Shown piece after piece: positions 52,680 through 64,000 of a stretch of DNA of 64,000 bases (position 1 is its first letter; each line of letters begins with the position of its first letter). A model generated the notes under the pieces. That model was not told the DNA's origin and searched no databases. It saw nothing but the letters and a program-made list of their open reading frames with translations. Source of the stretch: Eledone cirrhosa (Eukaryota). Position numbers and translations under genes: made by a program. The DNA is taken from the NCBI GenBank assembly GCA_964016885.1, contig OZ024744.1:26288001-26352000 (forward strand), given 5' to 3'.

Positions 52680-52929
52680 TCAACAACCCCTCCTACTCCC
52701 ACCAATACTCCCCCGCCCCCTCACTATCATTATTATCGCCATCATTATCATCGTCATAATCATCATCAACATCATCGTCGTCATCATCCCCACCATCCCC
52801 ACCATCACCAACACCTGCACGATCATCATCACGATCATCATCATCACCATCACCATCATCATCATCATCACCACCATCATCATTATCATCACAATCATCA
52901 TCATCATCATCGTCATCATCACCATCATC

Positions 52930-52961
<32 letters not shown>

Positions 52962-53087
52962 CATCACAATCATCATCATCATCATCATCGTCATCATCAC
53001 CATCATCATGATCATCATAATCATCATAATCAGCCCTATCACCACCATCACCACCATCACCACCATCGCCACCACCATCATCATCAC

Positions 53088-53138
<51 letters not shown>

Positions 53139-53178
53139 AATCAGCCCTATCACCACCATCACCACCATCATCATCACA
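52680..53178. repeat. (CAT)n/(CAC)n low-complexity tract
   Basis: Direct inspection. Confidence 0.93.
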
Positions 53179-53221
53179 CAACCGCGTAACAAACGCTTAG
53201 ACAGGATTTGCATCTTTAAGA

Positions 53222-53410
53222 TAATAATTGTTTCTACTTTTAGCACAAGTCCATCAATAACCCAGTACATTACTGGTACTTTATTTTATCGACCCCGTAA
53301 GGATGAAAGGCAAAGTTAACCTCGGCGGGATTTCAGCTCAGAATTGCAAAGGCCTTAACTCTATACGTCAAAGCATGGCGTCAGACCCTCTACCGATACT
53401 GCCAATCCAC
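53222..53410 (-). mobile_element. SINE family 1
   Basis: Reverse complement of a full copy. Confidence 0.9.
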
Positions 53411-53417
53411 CAATAAT

Positions 53418-53466
<49 letters not shown>

Positions 53467-53770
53467 GATGGCTACCCCCTTGTTATTGAGTATGGCCATT
53501 ACACGGTATACCATTATTAATAGTTATTAATTAATTCTATAGTGCAATGCCTGTGCGTGAAGATATTTTTTAAAGTGAGGAAAGACTGTGCACTGAGCAG
53601 CTAATCCCACTCTCTGAGAGACAGTAGCTATAACCCGAAAAGAAGAAAAGATCAACATCATCGGTAACTACTGAGCCACAGGTTTTATATCGGAGTTATC
53701 CCAGTTTCCTGAGTTCCCTTCTAGAAGAATGCCCTGACAAAGGCTATGGGTCCTTCACTCCCAGTGGTTT
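53467..53770 (-). mobile_element. 3' portion of the non-autonomous element seen at 8894-9582 (no SINE insertion here)
   Basis: Reverse-complement similarity to 9100-9340 plus 9530-9582. Confidence 0.82.
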
Positions 53771-53814
53771 AACTGCGCGATCGGGTATCCAGACTAACTA
53801 TTTCTATGTCCCCG

Positions 53815-54124
53815 CGCATATATATATACGCATGCACATGTGTATATATACACATATACATACATATGCACATGTGTATATATACACATACACATATACA
53901 TACATATGCACATGTGTATATATACACATATACATATACATACATATGCACATGTGTATATATACAAATATACATACATATATACATGTGAATATATACA
54001 CATATACATATACATACATATGCACATGTGTATATATACATATTTACAGACTTTTAGATGGCCGTTGACTCTTATGAGTTCTTCCGCCCTTTGTATATAT
54101 ATATATAGAGATATACATACATAT

Positions 54125-54209
<85 letters not shown>

Positions 54210-56230
54210 GTGCATGTATATGTATATTCGTGTGCGCGTGGGGAAATAAGGGTTTGAGAGAGATTAACATAAATATTGATGGGACAGTCAGACTGTCACA
54301 CACACACATATATATATACACACACACACCTATATATACACACACACACCTATATATATACACACACCTATATATACACACACACATATATATATACACA
54401 CACACTTATATATATACACACACACCTATACATACACACACACCTATATATATACACACACACACCTATATATATACACACACACACCTATATATACACA
54501 CACACACCTATATATACACACACACACACCTATATATATACACACACACACCTATACACACACACACCTATACACACACACACACACACCTATATATACA
54601 CACACACACCTATATATATACACACACACACCTATACACACACACACACACACACCTATATATACACACACACATCTATATATATACACACACACACACC
54701 TACACTTTCTCCAGCCGCAAAACCTGGTGCAGTCTGCGACTAACCCAGGTTCTGCTGCACGTCGGGCTGAGGAGGTGAAACTTTTCAAGTACCGGTCGCT
54801 CTCTCTCCAACAGATTTGCGGTCGTACCCCTCTCAGTGGAGACTTCTGGTGTTCTCGGCCCTAGGGCTCTACCTCCCTATCACCACTACAGGCGCTGAGC
54901 TGGCCAGCCGCAGGTGTGAGCCCCGCGAGTTGGAATGGCTTTTCTAGCGCGTCTCCTCCTTTGCCGTCCTCCCGGGAAAACGCCTTCTCCATGTTATCCA
55001 CCGGGCTGTGGGGAGACAAGCAATATGATTGACTGACTTGTCATTTTATCATGTACTTTTTATATATCTACACCTGTCCAACACCATATGTTTAAAATAA
55101 AAAGATTACTACCCTAAACCGTCATTTATTTAAACTGCGCTGTCAATCCCATTGTCTAACAACTACTATATAGCTGCATGGGCAGTGGGGGCAATTTCAA
55201 TGTTTGCCATAGGAGCTATTTTTCCTTATTACACCTCTGGGTATACATACACAGACAGACATATACACAGACACATACACAGACACTTGTACATATACAT
55301 ATATACCTACACACACAGACACACACATACACAGACACACATGCACATACACATATACATATATACCTACACAGACAGACAGACAGACGGATACACAGAC
55401 ACACACAGACACATACACAGACACATGTACATGTATATATATACCTATACACACACAGAGACAGATACACAGACACACACACAGACACATACACAGACAC
55501 ATGTACATGTATATATATATACCTACACACACAGACAGATACACAGACATACATACACAGACGCATGTACATATATATCTACACATACAGACAGACACAG
55601 ATACATATACACAAATATATATACCTACACGCCTACACAGACACTCAGAGAGGTACATAGACACATACACATGTACATATACACCTACACACACACACAC
55701 ACTCACACGCATGTACATATATACCCATACACACAGACAGACAGACAACTTACGTCGGTGGCATGAGATGTGTTATATACAACAAAATTACGCTAATATA
55801 CCAGCAGTTGTAACACTTCCCCACCACCAGCACTACCACCACCACCACTACCGCCATAACCACCACCACCAATATCACCACCACCACCACCACCAACACC
55901 ACCACCACCACCACCTCCCTCACCAACCAACACCAACAACATCACCACGACCACCAACACCACCATCATCACCAACATCACCACCACCAACACCACCACC
56001 ACCGTTCCACCACTACCGCCATAACCACCACCACCAATATCAACACCACCAACACCACCAACATCACCACCACCACCTCCCTCACCAACCACCACCACCA
56101 ACATCACCACGACAACCAACACCACCATCATCACCAACACCACCAACCACCACCACCACCACCAACACCACCACCACCACCATCATCACCAACATCACCA
56201 ACATCACCAACACCACCACCACCACCATCA
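53815..56230. repeat. Compound simple repeats (TA/CA, CACAGA, CCA) with short unique islands
   Basis: Direct inspection. Confidence 0.85.
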
Positions 56231-56443
56231 CAAAAATAACTAAACAAAAATCATATACAGGTTGTCATAGTAAAGGCAGGAAATAATAATAATGGTGGCT
56301 GAAGCGTGATGATGCATGTCAGAGCTTGCTGGGGGACATTAATAGCTCCACCACTGCCAACGATAAAGCATCACTCAGCTTTATAACTCTTAAGATAACT
56401 AAGAGTGGGTTTTAAAAAAAAAACAAGAGAGAGCCACAGGGCG

Positions 56444-56474
<31 letters not shown>

Positions 56475-56689
56475 AGATAGAGAGGGAAGGGAGTGGTGGT
56501 GGAAGAGAAAAGAGGGATCTAAGAGAAACACAACCTCAGCCATAGCCACAACAGAAATCCCCAATGATATCGTCGAGATGATAAAGATATACTCACGGGC
56601 GGAGATTTATGACACTACCGATTAGATTAGTCGAAAACCAAGGAAACGTGAGATACAGCCAAGATAATATATATATAATATAATACAAT

Positions 56690-56741
<52 letters not shown>

Positions 56742-57789
56742 AAGTGTGTGTGTATATATATATATATATATGTATAAGTGTGTGTATATATATATATACA
56801 CACACTGGACTGAAATAGCCGTCGAAACGGCTTGAGCTCTGCCGTCGGGGTCTTGACTCTTATCCTATTACCCACTCTACTACCCAAAGTATCCTATCCC
56901 CTCTCTCTCTCATCCCCTCTCTCACTTTCTCTACAGAATGTATATATATATATGCCACACTTACAAACATTTAAATAAACTTTCTTGAATTACTGAAATG
57001 AGTAAGTAAATTCTTCATTCATTCATAAACCAATGGTAAATTTATTATTTTATTTCATTTTATTTATGCCTTCAAATTTGTTTGAATTTCAGAGGTTCTG
57101 ATTGAACAAAAAAAAAAAGAAGGATAAATAAAATCTAATTGTTTTTTTTGGTCATGCCCTTGTCACAGACAAGATACCTAATGATTCTTCCAAGTGTGAA
57201 GCATCATATATTGCTGACTGTAATAGGGAGCAGTATTAAAAAAACCACCACTGGACAAAACTAATAATATTTTTATCTACATGATTTGCTTTAAACAAAC
57301 GGCAATAAATATTGTGCAATAATTCCTACTTTAGTTAAAATTCAGCAATCATATTTCCATGGTCAAATATTGGAACTTTAATAAAGTACTCGGGAATCAA
57401 AAGACTGTCTGATCGAACCTATATATAAGGTCTGATAGTATACAATTATATAACCGCTATAGATGTGACAATATGTCAAGATGATAAACCTTCCGAAACG
57501 ATCGTAAAACAATATGAATAGGTAAAATAACTTGACTTTGTTGTTTTTATTTTCATTGTTATTTTGATACCTAATATCTGACTCTGTATCTTAGAAATTA
57601 ACTCAGTGGAACACATAACTTTTCTATGGGTTTCACTGGATTACTCGCCATCAGATTACACTGAGTTCTGTCTACGGTACGGACCCTACCATCAAGGGTA
57701 AACCACACTGAAAAAAAAAAGAAGATATTTATATATATTTCTTATGACAAGCAGAATGAGTTGGGATCTAGAATCCAACGAAACTTATT

Positions 57790-58335
57790 AGTTTCCGGTT
57801 GGTTGGTTCGATAATCGGAAGGTTGTTTATATATTGTCAAAGCTCTTTCGTCACACATTCTGTGACCTCATCAGTGACTGGGTTTTTATTTTGTGTCTCT
57901 CCTTTGTTCTGTCCTACACCATCTTGTTTTTGTATGCTGTGTTGTGTGCTTAGTTTGCGCATGCGTTAGATCGGGTTGTGTGTATGTGTTTTTTTAATTT
58001 ATGTGTTTATTTACTTGTCACTAGTTGGTTGTTTGTTTTATTTGTCTGTGTCTGATTTGTTTTGTTAGTTTGGTTTTATGTGCCTCTGTATGTCTTCATT
58101 TTGTCCTTAATTACTAGTTGTGATGTTGCTACTGCACTCATGTTTTCTGTTTAATTTTGTTTGGAGTTCATTTATATTTGCTGTCTATGTGATTTGTCTC
58201 AGCAATGCATCTTTTCTGTGTGTGGATATAATTTTTATCTCTATGTTCTCTAATGTTCCCCAATGTCCAATTTGGGCATGCTGTTGTAGTACTGATGAGT
58301 TTTTCCCATCCTGGGGTTCTCGCCAGTGTTCATAC
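57790..58335 (-). mobile_element. PLE family F 3' fragment (GIY-YIG end + pLTR with HHR at 57836-57878)
   Basis: HWRE..SSVLQQHA..H..RKDALLRQIT; GTCA CTGATGA G GTCACA GAATG TGTGAC GAAA GAGC TT TGAC. Confidence 0.88.
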
Positions 58336-59019
58336 ACATATATATAAGAAGTTGATGGGACTAGCATAAGTTTCACTGCTAGCACCAGTTGCATCTCATC
58401 CGAGAGTAGATACAAAGTTATTTGTTTCAATACAACGCACGTAAATGGGTACCATAAATCTATACCCGTACTCCAGTTTCGGCCACACTTAATGCAGCAA
58501 TAGAGTGCACAGCCTCCACTATCTGCATTTATTATGCAGCAATGCACAATCGTTGCATGTGGCTTCATCAGCGGGTTTCGCCTAATCAATAACAAATCGA
58601 TCGACAGAATTCGATTCCAGTCCGTGTTGGCTATGTTAGTGAATGTGACTCAGTATTACATTAACAAAGGAAATGCCTACGCGTCATCACAATGCCGTCA
58701 ACAGATTGGCTACAGGTTCAGAAATTTACGTGATGGTAGGTGTCGAAATTCAGATACTTCCGCTCCTACCATAAGCACTCAGTCAACATATCACAAGCAC
58801 AAATTAACAAGTGAGGGAAAAAAACGGCTATTAGTGAAAACCAGTCTCCAATCACTGTACAATAGAATGGTAGCATTCGGCTCCAGTCTCTAAGTGCCAT
58901 GGCAAAAATAGTGCGACACTAACAATGGTAGTGACTAAAGCCTTTCCGGACATTAAATGCCAACAGCGATATAGAGTTGGTTAGAATTCGAATTCTAGAT
59001 ATTTCGACTAACCAGGTGC

Positions 59020-59793
59020 GTAAAACGATCAATTTGACAACTTGTACGAGTCAATAGGTGTGTGAGATAGAACGATAGAACATGTATTAGAGCGTATATT
59101 AAACAAAACACAATTAAAAATGTATAACATTGACCAAGTTACTCTCATCATTGATATTGTCCACGTTTGCTTGAAGCAATGTGGTTTAAGAAAAATAGTC
59201 AGTCGAGAAACCTCTACAATGCAGATGGGTAATAAATCCAGTGGCAAAAGGAAAAGGAAAAGGAAACAAATGTAAATATACGTAAAAGGCGTTGGTTTTA
59301 CGAAGGGAAAATAAAAACTGTTGAACGTTGCTGGTTGTACGATAATGCTTAAATTGACGGTTATTCGTTTTACTTGCGCATGCGTGGGGTAAATAAATGG
59401 TCGTTCTAGATCATTGCTGCTGTATCTGTGTGTGTGTGTGTATCTTAGCCAATGTCATACCAACCATAGTCCGCCTCTCTCGGAACTTCTGTTTATTGGA
59501 GGTTCTAGTCGATTTATCCAGAGAGCTTCCTTCACGCTTAGAGTGCCAATGGTACTCACTGTTGCTTGCATTGTTACGGGGAAAAGTACAGCTGTTGATG
59601 GATGCAAATCCGAAATATAGGGACTAATAAATCTTTTAAAGTACACAGACTCTGGAATTCTTCTTTTTCCTCTGTTTTCCTTACATCTGTTACATTAATT
59701 TATGTTTGTTTTCCTCCTCCTTCTCCTATTGCCACTGGATTTCGTTGCCAGAAGATTTACCCATTTTACCCATCTGCATTGTAGAAGCTTCCA

Positions 59794-59800
<7 letters not shown>
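59020..59800. mobile_element. Rearranged PLE fragments (RT piece on +, GIY-YIG end on -, inverted segment)
   Basis: FDNLYESI..IIDIVHVCLKQ (+); LSVKEALWINRLEPPINR (-); 59203-59280 is inverted at 59700-59795. Confidence 0.55.
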
Positions 59801-59876
<76 letters not shown>

Positions 59877-60044
59877 ATATTTGATATATCTCATATGAAA
59901 TAATAGAGCCAATTATCCACACAATACAATATAGATAGCACCCCAAACGTATAATTGGGAATATACTCAGGTATTTCCTAATGTTTGTTGCGTGATTTGG
60001 AATTTGGCCGGAGTATCGCTATTAGCTTTCTCCGATTATGTATT

Positions 60045-60109
<65 letters not shown>

Positions 60110-60126
60110 TTATATAGTTATTTATA

Positions 60127-60253
<127 letters not shown>

Positions 60254-60296
60254 ATATAAATATATATATACCCATATACATATAAATATACATATA

Positions 60297-60364
<68 letters not shown>

Positions 60365-60367
<3 letters not shown>

Positions 60368-62203
60368 ATACTTTGGGAGGGTCATGTTGCCAATAAGAAA
60401 CACACGCACCAGTTACTTTCACTTCAATTTGTTATAAATTAAATTTATAAATTTAGGAATTTATAAATTTTCGGTTGGTTGGTTCCACACCAGATGATTG
60501 TTCATATATTGTCAAAGTTCTTTCGTCACACATTATGTGACGTCTTCAGTGACTGGGGATAATTTTCTTTGTTTTTTGTGCCTCTCCTTTGTTCTGTCCT
60601 ACGCCATCTTGTTTTTGTGTGTGTTGTATGCTTAGTTTGCGCATGTGTTACATCCGAGTGTCTGTGTGTGTTTATATTTGTTTATTTATTTGTTTATTTA
60701 CATGTTACTGGTTGGTTGTTTGTTCTATGTGTGTGTGTGTTTTCATTTTGTCCTTAATTGTAAGTTGTGATGTTGCTATTCCATTCATGTTTTCTATTTA
60801 ATTTTGGTTGGAGTTCATTTATGTTTATTGCCTCTGTGATTTGTCTAAACATTGCGTCTTTTCTGTGCGTAGATTCTATTTTTATTTCTATGTTCTCTAA
60901 TTTACCCTTATGTTCTACTTTAGCATGTTGGTGGAGTACAGATGATTCTTTACTATCTTGAAGCTCTCGCCAGTGTACATTTATCCGTTCCCCTATACTA
61001 CGAGCTGTCTCACCTATGTACACTATATTCTTATCTCTACATTGTCCTTCAGTACATCTTATGCTATATACTAAATTTCTAGTTTTACAGTTAATATTGG
61101 GGCTTAATTTACAGATTATACATTTCTTATCTATACAGGGAGGTCTTTGAAAAGGGTATGTATTGCTAATAAGTGTTTTTATGGAGGTACCTGGTCTTTC
61201 TACTATCTTAATATTGAGTTTATGTTTCTCTAGTGCCCTTCTAAATTTGTAAGCTAATTCACCTCTAGGGGTTGTATCGATGAACATTAAACTCTGGTAT
61301 TTATTGCTATCATACCATGAGTTTATTCCATTAACCTTATGCCTAGTTCTTTCTATTCTATTCCAAAATTTGCTCCTATACAAGGGGCAGGTCCCATTCG
61401 TGTCGTTATTAACCACTTTTTCCCATTTGGTTCTGGCTCCTCTATATACTCTGATTTTATCTCTCTGATTGTAACCAGAGAACTGCATACGGTGGATGAA
61501 GTGTTGTATGTATCTCTCTAGTTCTTTGGGGTTGCAGATGCAGGACACGTTTCTCATCACCCGTACTAAATCCGCAATCTGTATGTTTATTTTGGTATGG
61601 TCTGAAACAGCTGAGTTTCGGTGGATCAGATATTTGGAAGTCATGGGTTTGGCATAATGGGAATGGAGGATTTGTTTTTTGCTATTAATGGTATCTAACC
61701 AGAGCTATGTGTCTAGTACAGGTAATCGATGGTTGGGGTGTTTGTTTGGCTAGTCTATAGTAACTCTAATACTCTGGTGGATGGAGTTAGCTATTTGCTG
61801 GATGCTTTCCATGGTGTTTTTCTCTAATTCCTGACTGTTCTCTAGTGGGGGTGTTTTTACATCAACGTAGCGGGAGTACATTATCAGGGTTAAGAGGTTG
61901 CTGTCTTCTAATTGTTCTTTAAGTTTAAGTTTAAGTCTATTGTCCCACCATATCATGAATAGGTTAGCTATGTCACCTGCAATGCTAACACCAATTTGTG
62001 CTCCCTCCTCTTGGGCATATATTTTTCCATTAAATTTGAACATATGTTCCTTAAGAGGCAGACCACCTAGCATTACCTCAATGGCCAAGAAAACCCAGAC
62101 AGATAGATTGGAACGGGTGGACCAGAGCCATACGTACCCCCGAAAACCACGATGAGCTAAAGAAAATGATTGCACATGCGGTGGGGGCCAGTATAAAATT
62201 AAC

Positions 62204-62207
<4 letters not shown>
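60365..62207 (-). mobile_element. 5'-truncated PLE family F: RT C-half, GIY-YIG ORF (60754-61644), pLTR with HHR at 60511-60553, inverted 5' piece
   Basis: FKFNGKIYAQEEGAQIG, YSRYVD, LVYSIRC..VYIGETARSIGERINVH..QITEAININELQPKLN; GTCA CTGAAGA C GTCACA..TGTGAC GAAA GAAC TT TGAC; (TA)n on both sides. Confidence 0.93.
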
Positions 62208-62242
<35 letters not shown>

Positions 62243-63023
62243 TATATATTTATTTATATATAATATGCGCGTTACAAAATGTTGCCCAACTGTGTTAATG
62301 TTTGCAACATCCAATCAATAAATAATGATGTAATTAGGACTAGGCACCCAACGTTATGTTTTTCTTTCCAACCCCGATGATAATTACGTAATGATGACAC
62401 GACTGCTCGTGACAACAACTGTCAGTGGTCTTTTGTTAGAACAACATCGAATACAAGTCCGTCTCCTTGTTATTAGCATGTATTGCATTATGAATAACCT
62501 GCATTGTGTTAGGAATATATTACCCAAGATGCTCTCTGAAAAGGTCGTGTTATTGATCATGTGATAACACAATTACGTACATAATAACCCTATAGAAATA
62601 CGTATTTCATCATGTATATAAAGTATCGGCAAGAAATGCAAAAACCTATGTAAAATGAACAGACAAATGGATCGTTACTTTGTCAGCCACTTTGTTAGCA
62701 GTGCAGTTTGGTGTATTAAGTTGGTACTGTTTTTTTTTTTAACATATAATGCCAGTTTGTACGATAGATCGAAGCCTGTTTTTTGGTAAGATACATGTGA
62801 GACAATAACCAAATAGAAAAGGACGGGAAAATTCATTGTTGTCTTTCGACCAAAGGAGATGAATACGTGAAACTTTACAACTAGAATTAAAAATTAAATC
62901 AATGGACTATATATATATACGTGTGTGTGTGTGTGTATAAAAGGTAAACAGAAATAACCATACAATCGGTACAGTATATGGAAGGAATATATTAGTTTTA
63001 CGCTGGACATAGCAGGAAGAAGG

Positions 63024-63059
63024 CCTTAACGTTTCGGGCGCTAGTCATTCATCAGAAGG
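63024..63059 (-). ncRNA. Minimal hammerhead motif, family C (stem II decayed)
   Basis: Minus strand: CCTT CTGATGA ATGACTAGCGCCC GAAA CG TT AAGG. Confidence 0.55.
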
Positions 63060-63264
63060 AAGAATGAGAAATTAAAAAGATTGAAGGGACGGGCGGGGTG
63101 GAATTGGAAAAAATTTATTAGAGAAAAATAATAGGTCCATTCATTCGTTGGATTTTCAAATTGGAATTTTACTCTGAAACTTGATATACACCCGGAAGTT
63201 CCACCAGGAAAACTTTTCGAATCACTGATATTTTCTATGCTTCTCGTATTGTATTGTTCATATA

Positions 63265-63335
<71 letters not shown>

Positions 63336-63411
63336 CTTATCATAATGGAAATAACAGAAGCAAACTATATTCCCTCATTATGATTTTTGTGTTTTTTTCT
63401 GTTCAAATTTA

Positions 63412-63470
63412 GCTGTCTGATGAGGTCATAGCTGTTGTATAAGGGTGACCACCGAAATGTATATAACAGT
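63412..63470 (+). ncRNA. Type I hammerhead ribozyme, family B
   Basis: GCTGT CTGATGA GGT C ..C ACC GAAA TGTATA TA ACAGT; downstream CGGAGTAAAC..ACCTGCG box shared with 13290-13330. Confidence 0.68.
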
Positions 63471-63630
63471 GAATATGGAAAACCAATGTTAAATTTAACT
63501 TGTTGACACATATTGTTTTAATTCACACCGGAGTAAACAGACCTACCTGCGCACGATGTAGAGTTCTCTACCCCGACGACTGAGCTCCGGCCGTTTCAAT
63601 AGTTAGATCCAAACACATATGTAAATGTAT

Positions 63631-63726
<96 letters not shown>

Positions 63727-64000
63727 CTGAGTAGATTGAACAGATCAATTAATTCTTCTTTTGTTTTATTATTCATTTGTTTTATGTTTTTGTTTTACCC
63801 TTATTTTCTTATACCTCCTCCAACATCATTCAAACCCTCCACCCTCACCCTCACACGTAGGTCACCTCTTTTTTTCGTAATAAGAGGTCAAAATGTCAGG
63901 GAAGACAGCTGGACAGCGGCCAACATTTTTAAGTGGCGAAATCATGAAAATAAATAAATAAATATATAAATATACAAATAAATAAATATATTAATAAAAT

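Noticed and set aside
54710-55015. GC-rich island, possibly a LINE remnant
   Set aside because: Too short and degenerate to assign
57425-57510. GAAACGATCGTA, like an HHR stem III
   Set aside because: No matching CTGANGA or stem I upstream

Overview
AT-rich, repeat-saturated animal genomic DNA. The SINE families and microsatellite load suggest an octopus/cephalopod (inference). No host protein-coding gene can be supported. Contents: (i) a cluster of three L1/Tx1-type LINEs sitting in (ATT)n tracts, one nearly intact (ORF2 29867-33295, APE-RT-zinc finger); (ii) decayed R4/Dong-type, CR1-group, RTE, Hsmar2-like mariner and Penelope-like (PLE) elements and about a dozen tRNA-derived SINEs; (iii) an ~11 kb G-rich ~24-bp minisatellite whose unit resembles a Helitron 5' end and which carries two non-autonomous Helitrons at the same register. 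The main signal is an RNA-level one. By eye I find about 18 type I hammerhead ribozyme (HHR) motifs in about 7 sequence families, plus 6 half-hammerheads. Many lie in head-to-head palindromic cassettes embedded in (TA)n, one HHR per strand pointing outward. Three families share an unusual stem II (3 bp, C-C mismatch, distal helix) and a (UA)n stem III/cleavage site. All folds are hand-derived and untested.
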